Of a stretch of 64,000 nt of DNA, positions 52,566 to 61,683 are shown piece by piece (within the stretch, counting starts at the first letter, position 1; each line of letters starts with the position of its first letter). Origin of the DNA: an uncultured archaeon. Its GTDB lineage: Archaea > Aenigmatarchaeota > Aenigmatarchaeia > QMZP01 > JACQNV01. Where the stretch lies: the NCBI GenBank assembly GCA_964410585.1, contig CAYPFW010000001.1, positions 447,814-511,813 on the forward strand, given 5' to 3'. The translations under genes and the position numbers were made by a program. Under the pieces are notes generated by a model that was not told the DNA's origin, did not search any database, and worked only from the letters and a program-made list of their open reading frames with translations.

Positions 52566-53327
52566 ATGGGTGGTCAAAAAATAACTCAGTTTCTAAGGGA
52601 AGGTCCAAGACCTGAAGAATTAGGTGCATACGCAACCAACGCAATAAGATCAACACCTTTAGCTCGAAGAGCAACAGAGCTTTATGAAACAGTTGATCCT
52701 ACAAACCTTACTCCAGAAAGATTAGCAAGAACAGGACAAACACTTGTAGAAAAAGCATACAGATCGGCCCTAGACAAGGTTTTTGGAAAACCAAGAAAAG
52801 CAAGCAGACCCGAAAATGCTGTTAGAAAATATGTTCTAAAAGTTTTAGCAGGCGACAATTTAGGGGCACAAGTAAACGAGGTCTCAGCTGACTGGTTAAG
52901 CAACTTAGAATATGTTGACATAAACATAGGAAAAAGAGGAAGATCGCCTTTAGGATTCAATGAAAATGTTAATGGAAGAAATATAGTCTACATCCCAAGA
53001 GTTGGAGAAAATGTAGGCTTAGTTGTTTCTCGCGGAATACAAGATTACATAAAAATACACGAGCTCATGGAAACAACAGAAGCAAAACCAAAAGGAGAAA
53101 GAGAACATGAAAAAATGGACGCAGCAATACTTTCTGTTTTAAAAGAATTCAGCACAACAAGCGAAAGAGCAAGACAAGCATACAGAGGCGCTCTTTCAGT
53201 CTATGAAGCAAGGGGAGAAAATGACCCATACTTCAGAGGAGTTTCAAAATTCTATCCAGTTAGAGAAGAGATACGTTCAAATGTCTTTAGTTTAAACAAT
53301 AAAGGAGAGTTTGCTTTCGCGGCTTAG
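52566..53327 (+). CDS. Hypothetical protein
   Basis: 253 aa from the ATG at 52566 (the track start at 52557 is a GTG). No motif recognised. Confidence 0.55.
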   Translation: MGGQKITQFLREGPRPEELGAYATNAIRSTPLARRATELYETVDPTNLTPERLARTGQTLVEKAYRSALDKVFGKPRKASRPENAVRKYVLKVLAGDNLGAQVNEVSADWLSNLEYVDINIGKRGRSPLGFNENVNGRNIVYIPRVGENVGLVVSRGIQDYIKIHELMETTEAKPKGEREHEKMDAAILSVLKEFSTTSERARQAYRGALSVYEARGENDPYFRGVSKFYPVREEIRSNVFSLNNKGEFAFAA

Positions 53328-53336
53328 GAAAATAGC

Positions 53337-54500
53337 ATGCCATCAATAACAGAAATGGATTTGTTTGAAGAAGATTTGGAAAATTTAGACATAGATCCAT
53401 CAGGATTGGAAGCTGGCGAGACCAGCTTCGGCCCTCGAGGGGGAACAGGAAATTTTAGACACACTGATTTATCTCCTAGATACAGATTCGGCGGAGCAAA
53501 TCCAGCACCAGCAGGCCAACAACAAGGTGTCTTCAAAAGATGGAGAGAATACAGAAAACAAATAAGAGAAAAACAACCTTTGGTTAGATGGGGAAAACTT
53601 TTTGGCTTGTGGAAACCATTGGCATATAGAGGTGTTTCACAAGTACTTGAAAAAATTTCAGTCCCAGCAGAACAAAGAGGAAACTTTTTTGTCGATCTTT
53701 ATGGTGGTATAGTTGATGGATATAAAACAAGTTTTAAAAAACAAGCTGACATTAAACCAGCTGACATAGTGCCTGGTTTAAGAAGAGAATTAGAATTTGC
53801 AGGAGGCTCAACTAAAATAGAAAAAGTTTACTTCTACAGATACAATGGCCAAGATGTGCCAATATTTTTCAGCACAGGTGACAATCCATCAGAACAACAA
53901 TTACGAGAAGGCATAGCTCATGTCCAGCAAATCAAACAAGCAGGAAGAAAAAGATATAGGGAATCAAAATACAACAAAATGGACAAAGCTGTAGCAGATT
54001 CATTTTTAGATGGAGATTTCATCACATGGGCAGCTGATAAATTTACTCGCGGTGACTATAAGAGATATTTTGAACAAGAACCTGGAAAAGCGCACAGATG
54101 GTTTGTCAAACTTGATACAGCATGGATACACCAATACGGTGATCAAGACGCAGTAGCAGAGGCTGCTTTGCCAAATGATTTGAAGCCAACTGTTTTTGTA
54201 AGAAAAGTTCCAGAAAATCAACACGGTGTAAACAGCTTTTGGAACTATGTAGGAAAACTAGTTGGAAAAGAAAAACCATTTAGTTGGGGAAGATATGCTT
54301 ACTGGAAAGCAGGTGACATAATCGTGGATTTGGTAGACTTAGCTTTTGGAGACCATGTACTTGAATCTGCAGAAGCCCTAAAATTCCCAGCAGATAGTAT
54401 AAGGGACTTGTCTTATTCATTCCTTAAAATAGGTTCTGATGCAATGAGAGGTTTTTTCAATCCAAGAACTCCATATCTTGCATACGAACAAGTTTTATGA
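53337..54500 (+). CDS. Hypothetical protein with an in-frame W-repeat copy near the N-terminus
   Basis: 387 aa. Nucleotides 53406-53431 (TTGGAAGCTGG-CGAG-ACCAGCTTCGG) encode LEAGETSFG. Confidence 0.6.
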   Translation: MPSITEMDLFEEDLENLDIDPSGLEAGETSFGPRGGTGNFRHTDLSPRYRFGGANPAPAGQQQGVFKRWREYRKQIREKQPLVRWGKLFGLWKPLAYRGVSQVLEKISVPAEQRGNFFVDLYGGIVDGYKTSFKKQADIKPADIVPGLRRELEFAGGSTKIEKVYFYRYNGQDVPIFFSTGDNPSEQQLREGIAHVQQIKQAGRKRYRESKYNKMDKAVADSFLDGDFITWAADKFTRGDYKRYFEQEPGKAHRWFVKLDTAWIHQYGDQDAVAEAALPNDLKPTVFVRKVPENQHGVNSFWNYVGKLVGKEKPFSWGRYAYWKAGDIIVDLVDLAFGDHVLESAEALKFPADSIRDLSYSFLKIGSDAMRGFFNPRTPYLAYEQVL

Positions 54501-54584
54501 AAAGAGTAACTCATAATTGGATTCAAATTCGCTGATCGCTGTTTAAACGCATAAAAGCACAGCGCACCAATTATACCTATTATA

Positions 54585-54648
54585 GTGGAAGCCGCGAATT
54601 TTTCGAGCTAGCAAGCGAAGGAAAAATTAGGCTCCTGTTTTGGTTAAG
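54585..54648 (+). repeat. Y repeat
   Basis: GTGGAAGCCGCG, AT-rich hairpin, AGGCTCCTGTTTTGGTTAAG. Confidence 0.8.
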
Positions 54649-54743
54649 TCAGCATCTCACTGTGAGGTGGATGCTGAGATGTCTCGTGCACAGTTAACTG
54701 CTTATGCGGATAATTGGAGACACGACTTTTGGGACAAAAGGTT
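54645..54743 (+). repeat. X repeat ending in a Z-like hairpin at a start codon
   Basis: CAGCATCTCA...TGCTGAGATGTCTCGTG (54676-54688)...TAATTGGAGACACGA, then CTTTTGGGACAAAAGGTT-ATG. Confidence 0.85.
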
Positions 54744-55382
54744 ATGGCTTTGGATATATTTCAGTTATTATTTCAGGCTTTGAGAATTCAGGATTTGGCT
54801 TACAAATACACAAACCCAGTTGACCAGTTTTTGTATTTGATTTTCTTCCCATCTTTAATTATCATAGCAATTGTCACGCTGTTTACAAGCAAAGTTTTCA
54901 GCGGCAAGCTTGCTTTCTTGTTCACGTTTGCATTTTACATCTTCATCATTGTCTATCCACCGGGTGGACAAAAAAACATATACTCTGCAATTGCGCCTTT
55001 GGGTGAATTATGGTTCTTGGGCTTTGCTGTGATAGCTGTTCTTTGGTTCCTTTTCAGGTTCCCATTTAGCCATGGTGGAAGCGGTGGAAAATCTGGTGGC
55101 GGTCTATTTGGCTTAGGTGGTGGCCTATCTGGACTTCAAACACGAGAAGGAAGGAAAGGATTAATAGTGGAACTTCATGAAATTGATGAACAATTAAAAG
55201 CAATGCAAATTTATGCGGAAAAAATGAAAGCTCATCCTGATGAGGGTGATTATGCAAAACTTTTTGAGGCAGCAAGAGAGAAAGCCGATGCAAAAATAAC
55301 AAGTCTAAGTGTTTTTGGAGCAAAACACGGCGATATTAGTGGAAAGCGAGCTAGGTATAATAAAATTATTGGAAGTATATAA
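54744..55382 (+). CDS. Membrane protein with Gly-rich linker and helical C-terminal domain
   Basis: 3-4 TM segments, then GGSGGKSGGGLFGLGGGLSG, then a charged helical tail. ATG at 54744. Confidence 0.6.
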   Translation: MALDIFQLLFQALRIQDLAYKYTNPVDQFLYLIFFPSLIIIAIVTLFTSKVFSGKLAFLFTFAFYIFIIVYPPGGQKNIYSAIAPLGELWFLGFAVIAVLWFLFRFPFSHGGSGGKSGGGLFGLGGGLSGLQTREGRKGLIVELHEIDEQLKAMQIYAEKMKAHPDEGDYAKLFEAAREKADAKITSLSVFGAKHGDISGKRARYNKIIGSI

Positions 55383-55450
55383 TAATTTATAGCATTACCT
55401 CAGCTATATAAATTCTAAATCACAAAATAAATATTGAAAAAACAGAAGCC

Positions 55451-55506
55451 TACCCCTTTCTTTAGAAAAGAAAGTGGTAAGGTATCCCAAAGAAACTAAT
55501 ATACAA
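55451..55506 (+). repeat. Short-form S repeat
   Basis: CTACCCCTTTCTTTAGAAAAGAAAG plus TGGTAAGGTATCCCAAAGAAACTAATATACAA. Confidence 0.8.
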
Positions 55507-55512
55507 TTTTAT

Positions 55513-55761
55513 ATGGAAAAAACAGAAGCTTTGATGTCTGCAGTAAAAAGGGAAATTGGTATTGGAAACTTTCTTTTAGAAAAATACAAAACTGAAGAAA
55601 AGGAATTTGAAAAAAAATACAAAATGCAAACCAAAAACTTTTTGCAAAAATTTGAGAGCGGCAAAATCGGAGACGACGAAGACTTTTTTGAGTGGTTGGC
55701 AATTTCAAAGGCTGTCTCGCATTGGGAAATCAAATTAAAAATGCTGAAGGAATATCAATGA
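55513..55761 (+). CDS. Putative antitoxin partner of the DUF6516-like protein
   Basis: 82-aa helical protein with an ATGA overlap with the next ORF. Confidence 0.4.
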   Translation: MEKTEALMSAVKREIGIGNFLLEKYKTEEKEFEKKYKMQTKNFLQKFESGKIGDDEDFFEWLAISKAVSHWEIKLKMLKEYQ

Positions 55762-56126
55762 TAGACGAGTATTTTAAGAGTGTGGAAAATACAATAAATG
55801 CTTTCCCCTTAACTCTTTTTAGTTCTCACAAATTTGAAAAAGTAGACATCAACGAGGGTTTTTTAAAAATAAAACTTGTACTCCTAGATCAATCACAACT
55901 TCATATTTTCGAATACATAAAAATCAAAAATAGTCCAATTGTGGAAAACTATAGGTACCATTGGCAGGATAAAAATTCCAATGTTATTAAAAGATGGGAC
56001 AATGCTCCTCATCATAAGTCAATACCAACTTTCCCACACCATGTTCACGAAGGAGAATCAGTGAAACCATCTCAACAGCCAAATATAAATCAGGTTCTCA
56101 ATATAATTTCAAAGGAGATGGGATAA
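55758..56126 (+). CDS. DUF6516 / TumE-like toxin-family protein
   Basis: YRYHWQD...RWDNAPHH...FPHHVH motif string. The family name is recalled from memory. Confidence 0.5.
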   Translation: MIDEYFKSVENTINAFPLTLFSSHKFEKVDINEGFLKIKLVLLDQSQLHIFEYIKIKNSPIVENYRYHWQDKNSNVIKRWDNAPHHKSIPTFPHHVHEGESVKPSQQPNINQVLNIISKEMG

Positions 56127-56551
56127 TGGCCTTTGCAGAATTTCTTCCATTTATTTTTGTGATCGCAGTAGTGTACGGAGGCCTTGAAGTATCTGATGTT
56201 TTCAAAAACAAGGCAGTCAAATTTATCATAGCTTTGGTTGTTGGCTATTTTGCAATGACAAACGCCTCTGTTGTTGCTTTCATCACACAATTCCTTCCTT
56301 TAGCAGCTATCGTGTTTGTTGTTGTTTTCCTTATTGGTTTCATCTACAAAGTTTTCCAAAAAGGTGGAGAAAAAGATTGGACACTGATAGGTTTGATAAT
56401 AGCAACAGGATTAATAGGCCTTGCACAATTCCAAGGAAGCCTAACACCATACCTAAACAACTTACCAATTGATCCAAACAATTTCTTAGCAATAGTTTTG
56501 ATCATGGCTTTCATAGCTTTTCTGTATGCTGCTTACAAAAAGGGCGGGTAG
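56126..56551 (+). CDS. Polytopic membrane protein (related in layout to 58052-58606)
   Basis: 141 aa with 4 TM segments. The N-terminal FLPFIFVIAVVYGG resembles FLFPFLLSLAILYS in the 58-kb ORF. Confidence 0.55.
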   Translation: MAFAEFLPFIFVIAVVYGGLEVSDVFKNKAVKFIIALVVGYFAMTNASVVAFITQFLPLAAIVFVVVFLIGFIYKVFQKGGEKDWTLIGLIIATGLIGLAQFQGSLTPYLNNLPIDPNNFLAIVLIMAFIAFLYAAYKKGG

Positions 56552-57929
56552 GCCAATCGTTGTTTTATTTGTTCTGATTTTTGTAGTTTTAGTCAGTGGA
56601 TGCACTCAAAACCTCGATCAGTGTGTTTCTGACTCTGACTGTAAAGAAGGTCAATGCATTCACGGAGAATGTATTTCAATTCAAGTGAGTGGATGCAGTT
56701 CTGACAATAATTGTTTGTCTAATCAAACTTGCCAAGACACCAACTGTATTTCAAACAATAACTATAGTGACTCTGAAACCGTCAAAAACCAACTAGTTGA
56801 CAAACTTGAAAATAAGGAGTATATATTCCCAAATTCTCCAGCCGAAAGCAATTTTTTCAAAGGCGATAAAACAGCTGAAAAAATACTTCTCGGCGAAATA
56901 ACCAACTACAGCATAAATGAGTTTAATGATAGAATAGAAACATCGAACAATACATTTGCTTTCAAGGTTTTGAATGCACTCAAAATCATTGGATATACAT
57001 TTGTTTCAACAGAGTATAAGGATACCTATTATGCTTATCTTAAAGAAAACAACTTCACGAAAAGTGATATAGTTTCAAAAAATGCTTTGGGGAAAATTGA
57101 TTTAGAACTAAGCGAAAAAGAAAAATTTGATTCTCAAAAATCGAGGGAAATGCCTCTGTATAGCGAATTTATAGAAGAAAATATAGAAGGTGATGTAAAT
57201 AAAAACCATTTAGTTTCATTGCTCACACAAGGAATTAACTTGCTTCCAAGTAATCTAGTAGACTGGAACCAGCACCTAAGCAGCTTTTTTGATGAGACAT
57301 ATTTTTCAGGTAAGACCTCAAGAAAATGCAATAACAAATGCCTCATTTCATTTAGCAAATATTACTATGGTCAGCTGAATCCCTGGTCAGATTCAAATGG
57401 AAATGTGGGAAAAAGTTGGTCACTAAAAGATGATTTTTCCACAATTACAACAATAATTCATGAATATGGACACTTCTTGGACAGTGAACTAAAGGTAAGT
57501 GATGGTATAACAAAGCGTGGGTCAATTAACACAACTGAATTTTACTCAATAAGCTATGATGTTGGAGATACAAAAGAAGGCTACTTTAAGCCAAGAAATG
57601 GTGTGATTGACAATAAAGAAGAGAACTTTGTTTCTGGATATGCTGCTAGTGGATTTGAAAGCGAAAAATATCAAGGCTACTATACACCTTATGAGGATTT
57701 TGCAGAGTCTTTTGCAATGTACGTTTTTGCTGGAAATGTCTTTAGATGTAAGGCAGGCAAGTATTCATCAATTAGCCAAAAATACAACTGGCTGAAGACC
57801 AACGTATTTAATGGTGAAGAATATTCATACAATCTAGCATCTGATTGCGGTAAGTTTTATTTCAATCATCAAGCCTACATAACCAATCCAAATTTTGTTA
57901 AATTTGACTTTGCTGATATAGTAAATTGA
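56526..57929 (+). CDS. Secreted/lipoprotein zinc metallopeptidase with Cys-rich N-terminal module
   Basis: Signal peptide plus LVSGC lipobox-like site, several short CxxxxC/CxxC-type Cys repeats by eye (CVSDSDCKEGQCIHGEC...) and a TIIHEYGHFLD HExxH motif. Confidence 0.65.
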   Translation: MLLTKRAGRPIVVLFVLIFVVLVSGCTQNLDQCVSDSDCKEGQCIHGECISIQVSGCSSDNNCLSNQTCQDTNCISNNNYSDSETVKNQLVDKLENKEYIFPNSPAESNFFKGDKTAEKILLGEITNYSINEFNDRIETSNNTFAFKVLNALKIIGYTFVSTEYKDTYYAYLKENNFTKSDIVSKNALGKIDLELSEKEKFDSQKSREMPLYSEFIEENIEGDVNKNHLVSLLTQGINLLPSNLVDWNQHLSSFFDETYFSGKTSRKCNNKCLISFSKYYYGQLNPWSDSNGNVGKSWSLKDDFSTITTIIHEYGHFLDSELKVSDGITKRGSINTTEFYSISYDVGDTKEGYFKPRNGVIDNKEENFVSGYAASGFESEKYQGYYTPYEDFAESFAMYVFAGNVFRCKAGKYSSISQKYNWLKTNVFNGEEYSYNLASDCGKFYFNHQAYITNPNFVKFDFADIVN

Positions 57930-58051
57930 CACTACTCAACAGTTAAGAATATAAAGCTTTCTATCAAATATAGATAGAAACAAAGAGAAGTTCCTTGAGG
58001 CTTCTCACAAATATATAAGGGAGTTGAACCAAACTATAATATTGATTTAAT

Positions 58052-58606
58052 ATGGGCGCTGAATTATTGCTTTTCCAACTTGGTGGAATACCAGAACTTG
58101 CAAACACAGGAATATTCAAATTCCTATTCCCATTCTTGTTATCTTTAGCTATATTATATTCTATAATAAACTTTGCTGCAGGAGACAGAATACCTAAATC
58201 AGCAAATGGTTTGATCTCAATTATAATTTCATTCTTCGTAATGCTTTACACAAGCTGGAACCCTTCAATAACAGCATTTTTCACACAAATATCAGGCAGC
58301 TTCCTTATCATAGGTTCAGGTATATTGTTTTTAATAGTCATACTAGGTATAGCAGGATTCAAATTCCATGACTTTGGTGGAGAACACTTCAAATGGGCAG
58401 TTGTCCTATTCTTGATCCTAGTAGCATTCCTAGTCTTCTTCGGAGCAGGTGGAGCTCAATTCCTAAACTTGCCTTCATTTGCATCTTCAGGTGACTTTTG
58501 GTCAATAATATTCTTCGTAGTAATAATCGCAATCGTCTTCCTATTCTTGACAAAGGGCGATAGCGGTGGCGGCGGAAAGAAAGGCGGAGATAAGAAAGAG
58601 GGATAA
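58052..58606 (+). CDS. Polytopic membrane protein with Gly/Lys-rich tail
   Basis: 184 aa with 5-6 TM segments and a C-terminal GDSGGGGKKGGDKKEG. Confidence 0.55.
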   Translation: MGAELLLFQLGGIPELANTGIFKFLFPFLLSLAILYSIINFAAGDRIPKSANGLISIIISFFVMLYTSWNPSITAFFTQISGSFLIIGSGILFLIVILGIAGFKFHDFGGEHFKWAVVLFLILVAFLVFFGAGGAQFLNLPSFASSGDFWSIIFFVVIIAIVFLFLTKGDSGGGGKKGGDKKEG

Positions 58607-58718
58607 AATCTAGTTCTTTTGTTTTTGTAAATTCAGATGTAGAACTAGATTTATAGATGTTGATGTATTCAAACGAAATTTCTTTTCTAAGAAGCTGTAA
58701 TCAGCAAGATCTAAATGT

Positions 58719-59573
58719 TTATTCATCAGAAGATCGTCTTCTTCCTTTCAAGCCCTGTATAGAATTATCCAAGCTAGCTATTCTATCTGTCACACTCACC
58801 AAAGTCTGCTCTAATGCTGTTTTTATTCCATCCATTCTATCCTTTACGGTGTCCATCGAATCCTTGTAAGAATCCATTTTCTTTGCTAGACCCTGTATCT
58901 CTGTTTCTTTTTCCTGCAACATTTTATTTACTTTCTGTCCTAGCTCTTTTATCTCAGCTTCATAATCTTTAAACTTTCCTTCAAAATCAACAAACTTGGC
59001 GTCTAATTCCCCGAGCTTCTCCTTCACAATAACTTCAATTAATTCCTCTGCCTCTTTCCTCCCTAAAGGCGGCTCTTTAAATGGTTCATGTGGAACAGGA
59101 GAAGGCCTTCTCATAGGAGGCGGAATAGGTCTATTTACCCTGCTCGGTGGAGCAATAGACATTGGCTCCTCTTCTAGCTTTTCCTTCAAATCATTAAGAT
59201 CTGGTAATCTAGGTATAGAAGACTCGTCTATATCACCTTCAATTTCCTCATGTGTCAATGGGGGTCTTGTAGGCTTTTTCACTGCGGCTGGCCGTGGCTC
59301 ATCTGCTTGTTCAGTCTTTCTAACAGGTGTGCCTAGCTCTGCCTTTAAGTATTCTCTTATTCCCCTATCTATTTCCAAAGAATTAAATCCTTCCTTCTTC
59401 AAAGTTCTGAAAACTTCAGGCTCTGAAAAACCTCTTGAAAACAACTCCTTAACTCTATTAAAAATATTAGAATGCTCTCTTACACTTTCGGGCGGTCTTA
59501 TAGGCGCTGATTGTGGAGGACGATGACTTGGAGCCTCAGTCTTTTTCTTCAGAAAACCAAATGGACTGCTCAT
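58719..59573 (-). CDS. Pro-rich / coiled-coil protein
   Basis: Pro-rich middle region (RPPLTHEE..., PPPMRRPSPVPHEP) and a C-terminal heptad-like region. Preferred over the antisense ORF 58996-59526. Confidence 0.55.
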   Translation of the reverse strand: MSSPFGFLKKKTEAPSHRPPQSAPIRPPESVREHSNIFNRVKELFSRGFSEPEVFRTLKKEGFNSLEIDRGIREYLKAELGTPVRKTEQADEPRPAAVKKPTRPPLTHEEIEGDIDESSIPRLPDLNDLKEKLEEEPMSIAPPSRVNRPIPPPMRRPSPVPHEPFKEPPLGRKEAEELIEVIVKEKLGELDAKFVDFEGKFKDYEAEIKELGQKVNKMLQEKETEIQGLAKKMDSYKDSMDTVKDRMDGIKTALEQTLVSVTDRIASLDNSIQGLKGRRRSSDE

Positions 59574-59699
59574 GTTATATTATTACTTGAGCACCCTTAT
59601 TAAATCTTGTTTTCAAATTTGAAATAAATGAACACATTTTTGGGAGAATTTTAAGATTATATGCTTTTCAAAAGTCCAAAAATGTGTCAAGTTTATACT

Positions 59700-60092
59700 A
59701 TGAAAATTTATGTCGCGGCAAAGTTCGAAAAAAAGGATCTTGTGTTGGACACTTTCAAAAAACTAAAAGATTTAGGTCATTCTATATCTTATGACTGGAC
59801 ATATCACAAAAACTATAGACCATATGACCAAAACCAGGAAATGGCAGCACACTATTCTCAAAATGAGCTTTCTGGGATAGAAAACTGCGATGTTTTCATT
59901 TATTTCTCCGAAGACCGTGGCCACACTTTGCATATGGAGTTTGGCTCAGCCCTTGCTTTTGCCAAAAAAACCGGAAAACCAATAATCTACGCAATTGGTG
60001 AATTCAACTCAAAGTCGCCTTGGTTTTTCAATCCTTTAGTAAAAAGAAGAAATTCTATAGAAGAAGTTTTGGAAGAGATAAAGAAAATGTAA
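59700..60092 (+). CDS. Nucleoside 2-deoxyribosyltransferase-like protein
   Basis: MKIYVAAKF..., CDVFIYF and HMEFGSALAFAK (Glu in the typical position). ATG at 59700. Confidence 0.5.
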   Translation: MKIYVAAKFEKKDLVLDTFKKLKDLGHSISYDWTYHKNYRPYDQNQEMAAHYSQNELSGIENCDVFIYFSEDRGHTLHMEFGSALAFAKKTGKPIIYAIGEFNSKSPWFFNPLVKRRNSIEEVLEEIKKM

Positions 60093-60094
60093 GA

Positions 60095-60586
60095 TTAACA
60101 CAACAATCTAATCCAAATTTTCATGCTTGGAGTAAACTGCTCGGGATTTGAGTTTATTTTTTGCTTCAATTCTTTTTTAGAAAACCACTTCACTTGAGCC
60201 ACTTCTTCGTTTTGTATTTTAAACTCATTTATTTGTCTATCAATTTTTAGAGTATACATCTGGCAGAAAAAATTGTGTTTTCCGAAAATCCTTTTCTTTG
60301 GGCCTTTAGAAGGTTTTATGCTTTTCAAGCCAATTTCTTCTTCAGCCTCTTTGACTATATTTTGTTTGTATGTTTCGCCCCTTTCCACAGTTCCAGCAAC
60401 AGCAGGCGACCATTTTCCAGGCTCGTTTTTCTTGGTTAATGCTCTCTGAGCCAAGAGTATTTGGTTTTTAGAATTTGTTATCCATAAGGCAGAGACGCGG
60501 TAGATGTCTTTTGGTTTTATTTCATCCAAACCTTTATAGCCGATTATTTGGTCTCTTTGGTTTACAATAGTAAAAAGGGATTTCAT
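60095..60586 (-). CDS. NUDIX hydrolase
   Basis: Nudix box GTVERGETYKQNIVKEAEEEIGL. Confidence 0.8.
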   Translation of the reverse strand: MKSLFTIVNQRDQIIGYKGLDEIKPKDIYRVSALWITNSKNQILLAQRALTKKNEPGKWSPAVAGTVERGETYKQNIVKEAEEEIGLKSIKPSKGPKKRIFGKHNFFCQMYTLKIDRQINEFKIQNEEVAQVKWFSKKELKQKINSNPEQFTPSMKIWIRLLC

Positions 60587-60649
60587 AACATGATCAATAC
60601 GTCCTCACGCAATCCACGAATATATAAGTCCCTAGATCTTATATAAAAT

Positions 60650-60784
60650 ATGGAAACAGTGACAATATCAAAACAGGAATACGAACACTTAAAACAGCAA
60701 GCACAGATAGATGTAGAGTTATTGCAACAATTAATATCTAGTTTTACTGATATAAAAGAGGGGAGAGTTAGAAGAGTTAAGTAG
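60650..60784 (+). CDS. Small antitoxin-like ORF (44 aa)
   Basis: Not in the track: METVTISKQEYEHLKQQAQIDVELLQQLISSFTDIKEGRVRRVK. The DIKEGRV ending is typical of RelB/Phd-class antitoxins. Confidence 0.35.
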   Translation: METVTISKQEYEHLKQQAQIDVELLQQLISSFTDIKEGRVRRVK

Positions 60785-60785
60785 A

Positions 60786-61100
60786 CTATCGTACTAAATT
60801 CTCGATTTCATTTTTGTAAAAATCCAGCATCATTTTGATGCCATTGATTACTCTTTGTTGATCCTTCTTTTCGCTTATACCAACCATGTAAACAGATTTT
60901 AGGTTTTCATAGATTAGATAATAAACTCTGAATTTATCGTGCTTCTTTTCTCTAAGCCATTTAACTCCTAGAGGATCACCAACATAAGGAAATTCAACAA
61001 GTTGATCTTCAATTTTATCGAGCCATCTATGGAACTCATTATCGAATTCCTTTAGCTTATCATCGAATGTTTTAGAATGAAATATTTTATAATCTCCCAT
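60786..61100 (-). CDS. RelE/ParE-family toxin-like protein
   Basis: 104 aa with the KFRVYYLIYE core. Confidence 0.6.
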   Translation of the reverse strand: MGDYKIFHSKTFDDKLKEFDNEFHRWLDKIEDQLVEFPYVGDPLGVKWLREKKHDKFRVYYLIYENLKSVYMVGISEKKDQQRVINGIKMMLDFYKNEIENLVR

Positions 61101-61133
61101 ATATTCTATTTATCATACTCTTAAAAATACAAG

Positions 61134-61511
61134 CTATCTTCTTTTTTGGCTTATCATTTCCTCGACCTGTTCCCTTGTTACGAATTTTGATTTGAGTGGA
61201 TTGTAAATGTCCAAAAGTTCTTTTATCCCAGTGACCTCTGATTTTGTTGCAAATCTTTTCAGTTGATTTATCAATTCATTTACTGTGTTTTCGAGCTGCC
61301 CAAACTTGGAAAGAAAATCATTCATTCTAGAATCAATTGACTGCTCAAGCCTTGAGATATCCTTTTTTTGGTTTAAGATTTCATTTTCCAAAGATGTTGT
61401 TGTGTTGACTGTTTCATTGTATCTCTCTTCCAAATCCCTCAACCTTCTTGTAACATCATTGACTCTGCTTGTCAATTCGTTTATAACCCTAAACATCTCT
61501 TGGTCTGGCAT
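61134..61511 (-). CDS. Coiled-coil protein
   Basis: 125 aa with heptad-like repeats throughout. The C-terminal half resembles the coiled-coil part of 58719-59573 in composition. Confidence 0.5.
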   Translation of the reverse strand: MPDQEMFRVINELTSRVNDVTRRLRDLEERYNETVNTTTSLENEILNQKKDISRLEQSIDSRMNDFLSKFGQLENTVNELINQLKRFATKSEVTGIKELLDIYNPLKSKFVTREQVEEMISQKRR

Positions 61512-61683
61512 ATCTACCTATATTTGGTTGAGCGTTCCTTTAAATTAAGATTTTAGCCGAAAATCAATTAACCATTAAATACTGCTTCAATCAATATTAC
61601 ATATATAGGGGATTACGCTACAAGAGAGCGTTCAGAGTTACCAAAAAGAGGGGTGAATTTTTCTTTTAGTGGAATGAGTGGTT

